Shown here: piece by piece, positions 37,984 to 49,787 of the stretch
How positions within the stretch are numbered: the first letter of the stretch is position 1
Layout: each line of letters begins with the position of its first letter
Notes under the pieces: model-generated
Databases searched by the model: none
Told to the model about the DNA's origin: nothing
What the model saw: only the letters and a program-made list of their open reading frames with translations
DNA from: an uncultured Bacilli bacterium
GTDB taxonomy: Bacteria; Bacillota_I; Bacilli_A; RF39; UBA660
Direction of reading: 5' to 3'
Assembly: GCA_934190785.1 (NCBI GenBank)
Contig: CAKPTA010000001.1
Coordinates: 111,540 to 175,539 of the forward strand
Length of the DNA stretch: 64,000 bases
Program-made: the position numbers and the translations under genes

Positions 37984-38454
37984 ATGGCAAATACAAATGA
38001 AATATATTTAACAGAAGATGGATTAAACGAAATAAAACGTGAGCTTGATTATTTAAAACAAGTTCGTAGACCTGAGGTAATTAGTGCACTTAAAGATGCA
38101 CGTGCTCTAGGAGATTTAAGTGAAAATGCTGAATATGATGCTGCAAGAACAGAGCAGGCTGAAGTAGAGGGAAAAATTGTTGAACTTGAAGCTATGATTG
38201 AGAAAGCTGTTGTTATTACCTCTGTTGATAAAGACAAAGTATCAATTGGAAGTTGCGTTAAAATTAAGTATGTTGATGATGGTGAAGTTGAAGAGTATAC
38301 AATTGTTGGAAGCAAAGAGGCTGATCCTTTCCAAAATCGTATTTCTAATGAATCACCACTTGCTAAAGCTATTTTAGGAAGTACTGTTGGTTCAACTGTT
38401 GATGTTGATAGCCCAAGTGGAAAATATCAGGTTGAAATTGTTGAAATCGCATAA
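37984..38454 (+). CDS. greA: transcription elongation factor GreA
   Basis: LTEDGLNEIKRELDYLKQVRRPEV...AEYDAAR. I prefer ATG 37984. Confidence 0.9.
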   Translation: MANTNEIYLTEDGLNEIKRELDYLKQVRRPEVISALKDARALGDLSENAEYDAARTEQAEVEGKIVELEAMIEKAVVITSVDKDKVSIGSCVKIKYVDDGEVEEYTIVGSKEADPFQNRISNESPLAKAILGSTVGSTVDVDSPSGKYQVEIVEIA

Positions 38455-38460
38455 GTAATA

Positions 38461-38484
38461 AGATAGATATTTCTATCTTTTTCT
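38461..38484 (+). terminator. rho-independent terminator after greA
   Basis: agataga-tatt-tctatct followed by a T-run. Confidence 0.55.
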
Positions 38485-38545
38485 TTAGATAACTTGAAAA
38501 AATAATTAATATAGTATATACTATAAATGTTTTAAGGAGGATATT

Positions 38546-39811
38546 ATGGCAAAAGAAACAAATAAAAATATACGTGAAGTTAGTGTTAAAATAGAAGGCG
38601 CTGACTGGGAAAAAGCACAAGATAAGGCTTATAAGGAAGCCAGTAAAAAGGCACATATTGACGGATTTAGACCAGGTCATGCTCCAAAGGAAGTATTTAT
38701 AAAAAAATATGGAGAAGATAATCTTTTATTAGATGCAGCTGACAGTGTACTTGAAGATGCATATAAAAGAATGATTGATGAAAATAAGGATTTAGAAATT
38801 GTTGCACAACCAGAAGTACATTTAAAATCTTTAGGTAAGGAAGCAGTTGAATTTAATTTTGTACTTACAACTAAACCAGAAGTTAAATTAGGTAAATACA
38901 AAAAATTAGGTGTTAAAAAAGAAGAAATTAAAGTTTCAAAAGAAGAAATTGATAAGGCTGTAGAAGAGACTTTAAATAGATATGCTGAAGCTGTATTAAA
39001 AGATGGCGCTATTGAAGATGGAGATACTGCTGTTATTGATTTTGAAGGATTTAAAGATGGTGTAGCTTTTGATGGTGGTAAGGGTGAAAATTATTCCTTA
39101 ACTATTGGTTCACATACATTTATTCCAGGATTTGAAGAACAAATGATTGGTATGAAAAAGGGAGAAGAAAAAGAAATTAATGTAGTTTTCCCAGAAGACT
39201 ATCACAGTGAAGAATTAAAAGGGCAAGCAGTTGTATTTAAAGTTAAAGTTCATGAAATTAAAACAACAGTTATTCCAAAAATGGATAAAGATTTCTTTGA
39301 TGATTTAGGAATGGAAGGAATTGATTCTGAAGAATCTCTTAGAAAACAAATGGAAGAAAATATCCGTGCTCATAAGGAACACCATGCAGAGGATCATTTT
39401 ATTGATGAATTACTTGATGCAGCTATCAAAAATATGGAAGTTGATATTCCAGAGGCAATGATTGAAGAAGAAGTTAATCGTATGATTAAACAATATGAAG
39501 AAAACTTAAAAATGCAAGGAATTACACTTGAACAATTCTATAAGTTTACTAATTCAGATGAAGCTCTTCTTCGCTCTCAAATGAAGGAAGAAGCAGAAAA
39601 AAGAGTTTCTTCAAGACTTTTATTAGAAGCTATCATGAAAGAAGAAAAAATTGAAGTTGCAAGTGAAGATGTCGATAAGGAAGCTTCTGACTTAGCTAGT
39701 AAATACAATATGAAAAAAGAAGAATTCTTAAATTTATTTGGCGGACTTGAAATGGTTGAATATGATATGAAAATGCGTAAAGCAATAGAAATATTAAAAG
39801 AAAACAACTAG
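38546..39811 (+). CDS. tig: trigger factor
   Basis: GFRPGHAPKEVFIKKYGE ribosome-binding signature, FKBP-like middle domain, 421 aa. Confidence 0.85.
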   Translation: MAKETNKNIREVSVKIEGADWEKAQDKAYKEASKKAHIDGFRPGHAPKEVFIKKYGEDNLLLDAADSVLEDAYKRMIDENKDLEIVAQPEVHLKSLGKEAVEFNFVLTTKPEVKLGKYKKLGVKKEEIKVSKEEIDKAVEETLNRYAEAVLKDGAIEDGDTAVIDFEGFKDGVAFDGGKGENYSLTIGSHTFIPGFEEQMIGMKKGEEKEINVVFPEDYHSEELKGQAVVFKVKVHEIKTTVIPKMDKDFFDDLGMEGIDSEESLRKQMEENIRAHKEHHAEDHFIDELLDAAIKNMEVDIPEAMIEEEVNRMIKQYEENLKMQGITLEQFYKFTNSDEALLRSQMKEEAEKRVSSRLLLEAIMKEEKIEVASEDVDKEASDLASKYNMKKEEFLNLFGGLEMVEYDMKMRKAIEILKENN

Positions 39812-39829
39812 TTTTCTTTTTTAATTAAA

Positions 39830-40282
39830 GTGAATCCTGTTTGTACATTTATTGATTTTATCAAAAATTTAACAGATGATGACTATGGTCATAATATTTC
39901 TTATTTTTCAAGTAAACTTTATTTTAAAAGTGGTGGGTGTTATGAACTTGTTAAAACACTTAAATATTTTTTACCTGATAGTGAAATATATGTTAGAAAT
40001 GACTATGGTCATTGTACTTTAAAGTATAAGGGTATATTATATGACATTGATGGAATTGTCGAAGATAATTCAATTTATCATTTAGCAACAAAAGAAGATA
40101 TGTTATATTTAAATGACCCACAATTTTATGGACGCATTGAAATAAAGTTTGATTTTAAAAGTCCGTCAGATGCTCTTATTCAAAATATTTTAAAATGTAG
40201 AGTTATGAGTTTAGTTGATGCTTGTCGTAAGATGGATAGTATAGATGATTTTTATAAACCAAAGCAAAAAATAAAAGAATAA
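39830..40282 (+). CDS. hypothetical protein
   Basis: 150-aa ORF with no recognised motif. Confidence 0.35.
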   Translation: MNPVCTFIDFIKNLTDDDYGHNISYFSSKLYFKSGGCYELVKTLKYFLPDSEIYVRNDYGHCTLKYKGILYDIDGIVEDNSIYHLATKEDMLYLNDPQFYGRIEIKFDFKSPSDALIQNILKCRVMSLVDACRKMDSIDDFYKPKQKIKE

Positions 40283-40288
40283 TATATA

Positions 40289-40318
40289 GTAAAAACATCC
40301 CATTTGGAGATGTTTTTT
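40289..40318. terminator. bidirectional terminator
   Basis: aaaacatccca-ttt-ggagatgttttttt hairpin between convergent genes. Confidence 0.4.
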
Positions 40319-40322
40319 TATG

Positions 40323-40640
40323 TCAAGCTTGAAGTTCATCGTATTTTTGCTTTAATTCATCTTTAGTCTGATTTATTTTGTCATCACAAGCCTTTTCTAT
40401 TTGATACCATCCATTTTTAAACATACATTCATATAGGTTACGACTACTTTGTTTGATATCTTTAAAAATAGTGAAAAGTTCATCATATAGTTTTTCGTTA
40501 CTTGCTTCATTTAAAGCAATAGTCATGTTAACGCTTATATTTTTTTCGGTTTGTAATAAATCATTTAAAAAATCACGATCATTCATATCTTTGTTTTTTT
40601 CAATTGTTACCTCTTCATTTGTTATTTTTTCATTATTCAT
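40323..40640 (-). CDS. spore coat protein F-like (Coat_F domain)
   Basis: The protein is about 105 aa and contains ...FKNGWYQ... It sits next to a second small coat-like gene (YraF/YraG-like pair). Confidence 0.45.
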   Translation of the reverse strand: MNNEKITNEEVTIEKNKDMNDRDFLNDLLQTEKNISVNMTIALNEASNEKLYDELFTIFKDIKQSSRNLYECMFKNGWYQIEKACDDKINQTKDELKQKYDELQA

Positions 40641-40649
40641 AATATTCTC

Positions 40650-40880
40650 CTAATCTAATATATTTAATATTTTTTCTAAAATATTAGTGTGCATTTTGTA
40701 AATTTTTGTTATTAGTTTTTGTATTTCTTCATTTTTGGTAGCATTAATATAACATAATGCTTTTTTACTTGCTACAAAATTCCATTCAAATATATCAGTT
40801 AAATAAGATAAATCTTTTGTTCCAATAATTGCTGGTACTTGTTCCATAAAATCATCCTTTCTTCTTTTATTTTGAAACAA
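40650..40880 (-). CDS. small CotF-associated protein (YraG-like)
   Basis: 76 aa, co-oriented partner of the Coat_F gene. Confidence 0.3.
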   Translation of the reverse strand: MFQNKRRKDDFMEQVPAIIGTKDLSYLTDIFEWNFVASKKALCYINATKNEEIQKLITKIYKMHTNILEKILNILD

Positions 40881-40959
40881 TTTTTTTATGTTTATTCATA
40901 ATTATTGTTAAATAAAAAGAATAATGTTATAATAAATTCATGTGAAGAGGAGATATAAT

Positions 40960-42390
40960 ATGAGTAATAAAAAAAATGATGCTATATGTTCTATGGATGT
41001 TGATTTTGCTAAATGGTATACTGATGTTTGCCGTAAAGCAGAACTTATGGAATATTCTAGCTTGAAAGGATTTATTATATATAGACCTTATGGTTATGCA
41101 ATATGGGAAAATATACAAGCGTATTTAAATGATAAGTTTAAAAAAACTGGTCATGAAAATGTATATATGCCCCTTCTTATACCGGAGAGTTTATTAAAAC
41201 GTGAGGCAGATCATGTTATAGGTTTTGCTCCTGAGTGTGCTGTTGTAACAAGAGGTGGAGTAGATGAGCTTGAAGAAAATCTAATTATTCGTCCAACAAG
41301 TGAAACTTTATTTTGTGAGCATTTTTCTAACATTGTAAATTCATACCGTGATTTACCTAAGAAATATAATCAATGGTGCAGTGTTGTACGTTGGGAAAAA
41401 ACAACTAGACCTTTTCTTAGAGGAAGTGAATTTTTATGGCAAGAAGGGCATACTATTCACGCAACAGAAGAAGAGGCTAGACGTGAGACTCTAACAATGT
41501 TAAATATATATAAAGATATGTGTAAGGATTTACTAGCACTTCCTATGCTTACAGGAAGAAAGACAGAAAAAGAAAAGTTTGCTGGTGCAGAAGAGACTTA
41601 TACTATTGAGGCACTAATGCATGATGGAAAAACACTTCAATCTGGAACATCACATTATTTTGGACAAGGATTTGCACGTGCTTTTGATATTACTTATCTT
41701 GATTCAAATAATGAAGAACAATATGTATATCAAACTTCATGGGGAGTATCTACACGATTACTTGGTGCTATTATAATGGTTCATGGAGATGATAATGGTC
41801 TTATTTTACCTCCAAGAGTTGCTCCTACACAAGTTATGATTATCCCAATTAAGAGTGAAAATAAGGCAGTTTTAGAAGCTAGTGAGGCTTTGCTTGATGA
41901 TTTAACAAAACTTAATATTAGAGCTAAAATAGATAATAGTGATAAGTCGCCAGGATGGAAGTTTAGTGAAGCAGAAATGCGTGGAATTCCTGTTCGCATT
42001 GAAATAGGTCCAAATGATGTTAACACTAATAATTGTGTTGTTGTAAAAAGAAATGATGGCGCTAAAGAAAATGTTTCTTTAAGCGAGACTGCTATTTATG
42101 TTAGGGGCTTACTTGATATTATTCATAATGAAATGTATGCTCATGCTTTAAAACATTTAAAAGAACATACTTATCGTGTTAATACATATGATGAATTTAA
42201 GGAAACTTTAAATAATCATCCGGGATTTATAAAAGCTCCTTGGTGTGGCAAAACTTGTTGTGAAGAAAAAATAAAAGAGGAAACTGGTGCAACAACACGT
42301 TGTATTAGTGAAGAAGAAGTACATAATGAAGTATGTATGTATTGTGGTGATAGTGCTCGTCATATTGTATATTTTGGTAAATCTTATTAA
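40960..42390 (+). CDS. proS: proline--tRNA ligase, archaeal/eukaryotic type
   Basis: Class II motifs and ProRS-C ending ...YFGKSY. No editing insertion. I prefer ATG 40960 (MSNKKN). Confidence 0.9.
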   Translation: MSNKKNDAICSMDVDFAKWYTDVCRKAELMEYSSLKGFIIYRPYGYAIWENIQAYLNDKFKKTGHENVYMPLLIPESLLKREADHVIGFAPECAVVTRGGVDELEENLIIRPTSETLFCEHFSNIVNSYRDLPKKYNQWCSVVRWEKTTRPFLRGSEFLWQEGHTIHATEEEARRETLTMLNIYKDMCKDLLALPMLTGRKTEKEKFAGAEETYTIEALMHDGKTLQSGTSHYFGQGFARAFDITYLDSNNEEQYVYQTSWGVSTRLLGAIIMVHGDDNGLILPPRVAPTQVMIIPIKSENKAVLEASEALLDDLTKLNIRAKIDNSDKSPGWKFSEAEMRGIPVRIEIGPNDVNTNNCVVVKRNDGAKENVSLSETAIYVRGLLDIIHNEMYAHALKHLKEHTYRVNTYDEFKETLNNHPGFIKAPWCGKTCCEEKIKEETGATTRCISEEEVHNEVCMYCGDSARHIVYFGKSY

Positions 42391-42393
42391 AAG

Positions 42394-42421
42394 TCTAATG
42401 ATAAAATCATTAGATTTTTTT
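42394..42421 (+). terminator. rho-independent terminator after proS
   Basis: tctaatgat-aaaa-tcattaga followed by T8. Confidence 0.55.
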
Positions 42422-42506
42422 GTATAAAAAGGAATTAACTTTTTTAATTGGTATAATATATATGAATGATTAAAATAAGCTTTTATTCGACAAAATATTA
42501 AAATAT

Positions 42507-43004
42507 ATGGCGTATATTAATATTGAAGGTGATGATATGCGATTTAAAAATATATACTTTTTTGTAGTTTGTATTGTTATAGGAATTTTTCTTGGTAATT
42601 TTATGCTTTCTGAATATAAAAGAGGAAGTAATACGAATGAAACTTTTAATCAATTAAAAAGTGTAACTTATTTTGAACAGGGTATTTATAATAGTAAAGA
42701 AGAAATGGAAGAAAATACAACATCAATATCTTATTATATTTATTCAGAAAATAATGGAAAATACTATGTTTATATTGGAATGACGGGAGAGAGTGATAAT
42801 ATCGAGAAATTAACTAATTATTTTAATTCAAAAGGATATAGTGTTAATACTAAAACATATGATGTATATAATGCTGCATTTTTAGAGGTCCTAGCACAAT
42901 ATGATTTGATGTTAAAAGAAAGTACAGGAGACACTATTGGTTCAATAGAAAGTCAGGTATTAGGCAAATATGAGGAGTTAGTAATTCGTGATAAGGATTT
43001 GTGA
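42507..43004 (+). CDS. hypothetical membrane-anchored protein
   Basis: Single N-terminal TM, 165 aa. Confidence 0.35.
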   Translation: MAYINIEGDDMRFKNIYFFVVCIVIGIFLGNFMLSEYKRGSNTNETFNQLKSVTYFEQGIYNSKEEMEENTTSISYYIYSENNGKYYVYIGMTGESDNIEKLTNYFNSKGYSVNTKTYDVYNAAFLEVLAQYDLMLKESTGDTIGSIESQVLGKYEELVIRDKDL

Positions 43005-43668
43005 TATACCTGTTTTAGATAGACCAGTTGAGCGACTACTTAATTTAGGAGCACATAATCTAAATAATGAAGAGCTTATCGCAATTTTATTAAATACTGG
43101 AACTAAAAATTCATCATCGAAGGTATTATCAAGTGAAATTTTAGCACAAGCAGGTAATGTCAAAAATATTGGTAAAATGACTTTGGAAGATTTGATATCA
43201 ATTAAAGGTATTGGTAAGAAGAAAGCTGCTAGCATATTAGCAGCTGTTGAACTTGGATATAGGATTAATAAAAAGGATGAAAATATTTTGTATAAGCAAA
43301 TTCACAATGCTGATGACGTTTACTCTTATTTTGCTGATATTTGTGAAAATTTAGATCAAGAACATTTTTATTGCCTTTACTTAGATGTCAAAAAAAGAGT
43401 TATAGCATGTAAACTTTTATTTGTAGGAACTCTTAATTATAGCTTAGTTCATCCAAGAGAAGTTTTTAAAGAAGCCTATTTAAATCACGCAATTTCTGTT
43501 ATTTGTATTCACAATCATCCAAGTGGTGATGTAACTCCAAGCAAAGCAGATATTGAGCTTACAAAAAGATTGGTTGAAGGTGGGCTTATTCTTGGGATAA
43601 GTATTGATGATCATATTATTGTAGGAAATAATCATTATTACAGTTTTTTTGAAGATGGAAAAATTTAG
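42988..43668 (+). CDS. radC: RadC-like JAB-domain protein (UPF0758)
   Basis: HNHPSGDVTPSKADIELTKRL JAMM motif. Upstream of mreC, as in Bacillus. Confidence 0.8.
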   Translation: MIRICDIPVLDRPVERLLNLGAHNLNNEELIAILLNTGTKNSSSKVLSSEILAQAGNVKNIGKMTLEDLISIKGIGKKKAASILAAVELGYRINKKDENILYKQIHNADDVYSYFADICENLDQEHFYCLYLDVKKRVIACKLLFVGTLNYSLVHPREVFKEAYLNHAISVICIHNHPSGDVTPSKADIELTKRLVEGGLILGISIDDHIIVGNNHYYSFFEDGKI

Positions 43669-44530
43669 AGGAAGTGATCTTGTGTATCGTAGAGTAAAAA
43701 AGAAAATAGATAGTCGTTATATTATTTTAGCAATTTTAATTTTGATGATGATTGTTTTAGGAGGAACTTTTTTATTTCTTAAAGAAAATAGAAAAGTTTC
43801 CTTTGTTGAAAATGCCTTTAAGAGTACAGGCGCATTTACTTTAAAAATTGTTTCTTATCCCATTAATTTTTTTAATGATACGATAAAGAGGGAACGTGAA
43901 AAAAATAGAATTTATGATACATATCACTCAATGCAAGAAAAATATGATTCTATAAATACATTAGCAAGTGAACTTAAAGAAGCTAAAAAAGAAGTTGCTG
44001 ATTTAGAGGAATTGCTCAATTTGAATTCAACTTTTAGTGAAAATAGCTATGTAAATGCAACTGTTTTATCTAGAAATGTAGGATATTGGTATGATGATAT
44101 AATTTTGGACAAGGGCTCTAGTGATTCTATTTCAGAATTTAGTGCTGTTGTAAATCAAGATGGCTTGATTGGATATATCACTTCTGTAGCTAAAAGAAGC
44201 AGTACGGTTAAGCTTCTTACTAATAGTAATATAAATAAAATATCAATTAAAATTGAGGTAGGAGATTCATTTGTATATGGATTATTAACTGGTTATGACC
44301 GTGATACTAATACATTTAAAATTGAAGATATCTCAGAAAATACAGGTATCCCTGAGAATGCAAGGGTAACAACTACTGGTCTTGGCGATAAATTTCCAAG
44401 TGGCCTTTTAATTGGAACTGTAGAGGAGGTTACTTTAGATAATTTTGAACTTGCTAAGACAGTTTATGTTAAACCTTCTACTAATTTTAATGACATTCAT
44501 TATGTTAGTGTATTAAAGAGAGGAGAGTAA
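43649..44530 (+). CDS. mreC: rod shape-determining protein MreC
   Basis: N-terminal TM and coiled coil, C-terminal beta domain. Conserved order radC-mreC-mreD. Confidence 0.75.
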   Translation: MKMEKFRGSDLVYRRVKKKIDSRYIILAILILMMIVLGGTFLFLKENRKVSFVENAFKSTGAFTLKIVSYPINFFNDTIKREREKNRIYDTYHSMQEKYDSINTLASELKEAKKEVADLEELLNLNSTFSENSYVNATVLSRNVGYWYDDIILDKGSSDSISEFSAVVNQDGLIGYITSVAKRSSTVKLLTNSNINKISIKIEVGDSFVYGLLTGYDRDTNTFKIEDISENTGIPENARVTTTGLGDKFPSGLLIGTVEEVTLDNFELAKTVYVKPSTNFNDIHYVSVLKRGE

Positions 44531-44532
44531 CT

Positions 44533-45030
44533 TTGATATATATACTTTTATTTGTTAGTATTATTTTAGAGGGGATTATATCGCTTATAATTCCAATATA
44601 TCATAGTATATTTGTACCTACATTTTTACTTATAACAATTATTTGTATATATCCATATTTTAAAGATAATTATAAAAAATATTTTATGATAATTTTTATA
44701 GCTGGGTTAGTTTATGATTTTTTATATACACAAACATTATTTTTAGACGCTGTTATATTTGTATTATTAGCGTTTTTGTATCATAAAGTTTATAAATATA
44801 TTAATTATAAATTTTTGGGGACAATTGTTACCTTTATTTTAGCTATTAGTTTGTATAGAATAAGTATTTTTCTTATTTTATGTATAACTGGATATAATAT
44901 TTTTTCTTTTTCTAGGTTATGGATGTCAATTTTAGATAGTTTAGTTTTAAATATTATATATGGTCTTCTTTTACAAAAATTCCTAGAACGTTTTTATGAA
45001 AGACGCTTTTTATATTCTAAAATTTACTAA
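44533..45030 (+). CDS. mreD: rod shape-determining protein MreD
   Basis: 165-aa polytopic membrane protein directly after mreC. Confidence 0.6.
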   Translation: MIYILLFVSIILEGIISLIIPIYHSIFVPTFLLITIICIYPYFKDNYKKYFMIIFIAGLVYDFLYTQTLFLDAVIFVLLAFLYHKVYKYINYKFLGTIVTFILAISLYRISIFLILCITGYNIFSFSRLWMSILDSLVLNIIYGLLLQKFLERFYERRFLYSKIY

Positions 45031-45044
45031 TATGCATATATTGT

Positions 45045-45683
45045 ATGGGTGATACTATGGATAGCGAAATTGAAAAAATAAGAAATGATATACGTTCTAA
45101 AAAAGGAAAAAAACATACAAGTGTTAAATATAAAAATAATAATAATAATAAAAATATTACTTTGTATGTAACAAAGTTTCTTTTTACAATTATTTTTACA
45201 TTAGTAGCGTTAATTCTTTTAAAGAAAAATAGTTCCTTTAAAGATAGTTTTTATAGACATGTTTATGAAGAAAATATTTCTTTTGCTAGTATCAACAATT
45301 TATATAAAAAATATTTTGGAAATACTATTCCTTTTTCTGATTTGTTTTTAAAGCGTGATACAACTGTATTTAATGAAACACTAACGTATAATAGTAAAGA
45401 AGCATATTTAGATGGAGTTAAACTTAATGTTAATAACAATTATTTAGTTCCTGTTTTAGAAAGTGGCATGGTTGTTTTTATAGGTGACAAGGGAGAGTAT
45501 GGTAATACTATTATTGTTCAACAAATGAATGGTGTTGATGTATGGTATTCAAATATTGAATCTAATGTAAAATTATATGATTATATTGAAAAAGGTGAAG
45601 TGTTAGGTGAATGTAAGAGTAATTTTTTGTATTTAACATTTAAACGGGATGGAAAAGTACAAAATTATGAAGATTATATCTAA
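45045..45683 (+). CDS. SpoIVFA-like membrane protein with degenerate M23/LytM domain
   Basis: TM segment plus C-terminal LytM-like VVFIGDKGEYGNTIIVQQ. Precedes an M50 site-2 protease. Confidence 0.45.
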   Translation: MGDTMDSEIEKIRNDIRSKKGKKHTSVKYKNNNNNKNITLYVTKFLFTIIFTLVALILLKKNSSFKDSFYRHVYEENISFASINNLYKKYFGNTIPFSDLFLKRDTTVFNETLTYNSKEAYLDGVKLNVNNNYLVPVLESGMVVFIGDKGEYGNTIIVQQMNGVDVWYSNIESNVKLYDYIEKGEVLGECKSNFLYLTFKRDGKVQNYEDYI

Positions 45684-46404
45684 GGTAAAAATTCATCCTT
45701 TATATTATATTACTGCTTTAATATGTATTCTAACCGGTACATTTAAAAGCTTTATAATAATTAATTTTCTAATTTTTATTCATGAGATTGGTCATATTTT
45801 AGCAGGAATGTATTATAAATGGTCTATTAAATGTATTCATATTTTTCCATTTGGTGGAATGAGCAAGTTTGATGTAATTATAAATTCTCCTATTAAAGAA
45901 GAGCTTGTAGTTGCACTATCTGGTCCCTTATTTCAATTTTTGGGTTATTTTATTTTAGAAGGTTTAGGTGCACATGCTTATATGTATCATTATGCTTTAC
46001 TTTTATTTAATCTCTTACCCATAATTCCACTTGATGGGTCTAAAATTTTGTCATGCATATTATATTTTTTTCTGCCATTTAAGAATGCGCTTAAAGTCTT
46101 ATTTTATTTATCTATCATCTTTATTATAATATTTATTATTTATTCATTTTTATATAATAATTTTCTTTTGTTTTTGATGATCATGGTTCTTATAAAAGAA
46201 AATTATAAATATTATAAAAATATTAATTATATATTTTATAAATTTTTACTTGAGAGATATTTTAGACAAATTATTTTTAATAAACGTTATTTAATTTATA
46301 ACCAAAATATTAAATTAATGAAGAAAGATTATAATCATTTGTTTAAAGTTGAAGAGGGTTATTTAAGTGAAAAAGCTTTTTTAAAAAAGGTGTTAAAAAT
46401 ATAG
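45649..46404 (+). CDS. M50 family site-2 protease, SpoIVFB-like
   Basis: HEIGH in a TM helix and the downstream LPIIPLDGSKIL (LDG) motif. Confidence 0.6.
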   Translation: MEKYKIMKIISKVKIHPLYYITALICILTGTFKSFIIINFLIFIHEIGHILAGMYYKWSIKCIHIFPFGGMSKFDVIINSPIKEELVVALSGPLFQFLGYFILEGLGAHAYMYHYALLLFNLLPIIPLDGSKILSCILYFFLPFKNALKVLFYLSIIFIIIFIIYSFLYNNFLLFLMIMVLIKENYKYYKNINYIFYKFLLERYFRQIIFNKRYLIYNQNIKLMKKDYNHLFKVEEGYLSEKAFLKKVLKI

Positions 46405-46410
46405 ATAGCG

Positions 46411-46536
46411 TTGACAAATATATAAAAATGTGGTAACATTTTATATTGTGTAGAGCCTCACTCTACAACCACACAGAAAAGGTTATAAACGTAAGTGCCT
46501 TAATGGTGAGTCTTAGAAATTTATAAGGAGGTTAAT
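46411..46536 (+). promoter_or_regulatory. sigma-A promoter (TTGACA-17-TAACAT) plus structured rplU (L21) leader
   Basis: Consensus -35/-10 spacing. A ~90-nt leader with hairpin tgtagag-cctca-ctctaca is in the position of the Firmicute L21 leader. Confidence 0.4.
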
Positions 46537-46836
46537 ATGAAAGCTGTCATTGAAACTGGTGGAAAACAATACTATGTAGAAGAAGGTACAGTTCTTTATG
46601 TAGAAAAATTAGATGTTGAACCAGGAAAAACTGTAGAACTTGATCATGTATTAATGGTAAATGATCAAATTGGTACACCTTATGTTAATGGTGCGAAAGT
46701 TGTTTGTGAAGTTGTTAAACACGGAAAACAAAAGAAGGTTTTAATCTTTAAATACAGACAAAAGAAGCATTCTCATAAAACACAAGGACATCGTCAACCA
46801 TATACTAAACTTGAAGTTAAGAAAATTGAAGCTTAA
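46537..46836 (+). CDS. rplU: 50S ribosomal protein L21
   Basis: [17 protein letters not shown]. Confidence 0.95.
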   Translation: MKAVIETGGKQYYVEEGTVLYVEKLDVEPGKTVELDHVLMVNDQIGTPYVNGAKVVCEVVKHGKQKKVLIFKYRQKKHSHKTQGHRQPYTKLEVKKIEA

Positions 46837-46838
46837 TT

Positions 46839-47144
46839 ATGATTAAGGTTAGTATAAAAGAATGTGCAGGTAATGTATGCAATATAACAATTGAAGGTCA
46901 TTCTGGGTATGCTCCTATGGGACATGATATTGTGTGTGCAAGTGTAAGTACACTTGTAATTACAAGCGTTAATATGATTATTCGTCTTGATAAGGATGCT
47001 ATACATTATGTAGCTCGTGATGGATTTATAAGTGTAGATGTTATTAAACATTCTGAATTTATAGATATTGTCGTTCAAAATATGATTAGTTTGTTAGATG
47101 AGTTAGCAAACGATTATAAGAAATATATAAAAATTATTAAATGA
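46839..47144 (+). CDS. prp: ribosomal-processing cysteine protease Prp
   Basis: GHSGYAPMGHDIVCASVS. Sits between rplU and rpmA. Confidence 0.85.
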   Translation: MIKVSIKECAGNVCNITIEGHSGYAPMGHDIVCASVSTLVITSVNMIIRLDKDAIHYVARDGFISVDVIKHSEFIDIVVQNMISLLDELANDYKKYIKIIK

Positions 47145-47156
47145 GGAGGTGTATCT

Positions 47157-47450
47157 ATGAACAAGTTAATGATGTTAAACATTCAAATGTTTGCCCATAA
47201 AAAAGGACAAGGTTCTACAAAAAATGGTCGTGATTCTGAATCAAAGAGACTTGGTGCAAAAGCTAGTGATGGTGAATTTGTAACAGGTGGATCTATTATC
47301 TATCGTCAAAGAGGTACAAAGATATATCCAGGTAAGAACGTTGGTATTGGTAGTGATGATACTATATATGCTAAAATAGATGGGTATGTTAAATTTGAAC
47401 GTGTTGGTAAAGATAGAAAACAAGCAAGCGTTTATGCAGAGAGAGTATAG
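47157..47450 (+). CDS. rpmA: 50S ribosomal protein L27 (with Prp-cleaved N-terminal extension)
   Basis: MLNIQMF|[15 protein letters not shown]. Confidence 0.95.
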   Translation: MNKLMMLNIQMFAHKKGQGSTKNGRDSESKRLGAKASDGEFVTGGSIIYRQRGTKIYPGKNVGIGSDDTIYAKIDGYVKFERVGKDRKQASVYAERV

Positions 47451-47478
47451 TTATAATTAGTGAGGAATTAAAACTAGT

Positions 47479-47506
47479 GCAATGTGTAATACATTGCTTT
47501 TTCTTT
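47479..47506 (+). terminator. rho-independent terminator after rpmA
   Basis: gcaatgt-gtaat-acattgc followed by a T-run. Confidence 0.55.
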
Positions 47507-47541
47507 TATAGACTAAACATATATTATAAGGTATAATATAG

Positions 47542-48843
<1,302 letters not shown>

Positions 48844-48908
48844 GAGAGTATCTCTTACTTTTTATTTATTAGAACAAGATTTTATGATACAATAGTGTAG
48901 GTGATTTC

Positions 48909-49778
48909 ATGAATGGGGTTATTTTAGTAAATAAGTGTGAAAATTATACAAGTAGGGATGTTGTAAATGTTATTTCGAAGACATTACATATAAAGCGTGT
49001 CGGTCATACAGGAACATTGGATCCAATGGCAACGGGTGTTTTAGCTGTATGCGTTGGAGAAGCAACTAAGTTAGTTGAAATATTAATGTGTAATGATAAA
49101 GAATATGTTGCAGAAGTTACACTTGGTATTGATACTGACACACTAGATACTACAGGTCATGCTTTAAATAAAATTGATACCCATTTAAGTGCATTAGAAA
49201 TTGATTCGACTTTAGAAAAAATGGTTGGATGTTATATGCAAGAGGTTCCTAAGTATTCAGCCGTTAAAGTCAATGGTAAGAAATTATATGAATATGCCAG
49301 GGAAGGAATAGATGTAAAGCTTCCAAGCCATGAGGTTTCAATCTTTTCCCTTTATCGAATAAGTGAAGTTACATATGAAAATGGTCTTACTAAATTTAAG
49401 ATAAAAACCGAAGTTAGCAAAGGAACTTATATTCGTAGTTTGATTCGTGATATAGCAATTAAACTTGGTACTGTTGGTGTTATGTCATCACTTGTAAGAA
49501 CAAGGCAAGGGTCTTTTACAATTGATGCGTGTAATACATTAAGTGAGATTACTAGTGGTAATTATAAAATGTATTCGATAGCAGAAATGCTCGATTTTGA
49601 ATATACAGTTATTGTAGATGAAATTTTGGAAAGTATGATAAAGAATGGACGTATTTTAGAGAATAGATATGATTCTAATTTTGTTGTCTTTAAAAATAAA
49701 AAAGGCAATGTACTAGCAATTTATAAAGAAAAAGAAGATGGAATGTTACATGTATTTAAAATGTTTCATGAAGAGTAA
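48909..49778 (+). CDS. truB: tRNA pseudouridine(55) synthase
   Basis: GHTGTLDPMATGVL catalytic Asp motif. Confidence 0.85.
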   Translation: MNGVILVNKCENYTSRDVVNVISKTLHIKRVGHTGTLDPMATGVLAVCVGEATKLVEILMCNDKEYVAEVTLGIDTDTLDTTGHALNKIDTHLSALEIDSTLEKMVGCYMQEVPKYSAVKVNGKKLYEYAREGIDVKLPSHEVSIFSLYRISEVTYENGLTKFKIKTEVSKGTYIRSLIRDIAIKLGTVGVMSSLVRTRQGSFTIDACNTLSEITSGNYKMYSIAEMLDFEYTVIVDEILESMIKNGRILENRYDSNFVVFKNKKGNVLAIYKEKEDGMLHVFKMFHEE

Positions 49779-49787
49779 GGTGATATA

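Noticed and set aside
40880-40960. T-box leaders upstream of proS, cysS and alaS
   Set aside because: Intergenic spaces are too short (12-80 nt), or the gene is translationally coupled to an upstream gene. No specifier-loop or T-box motif was seen.
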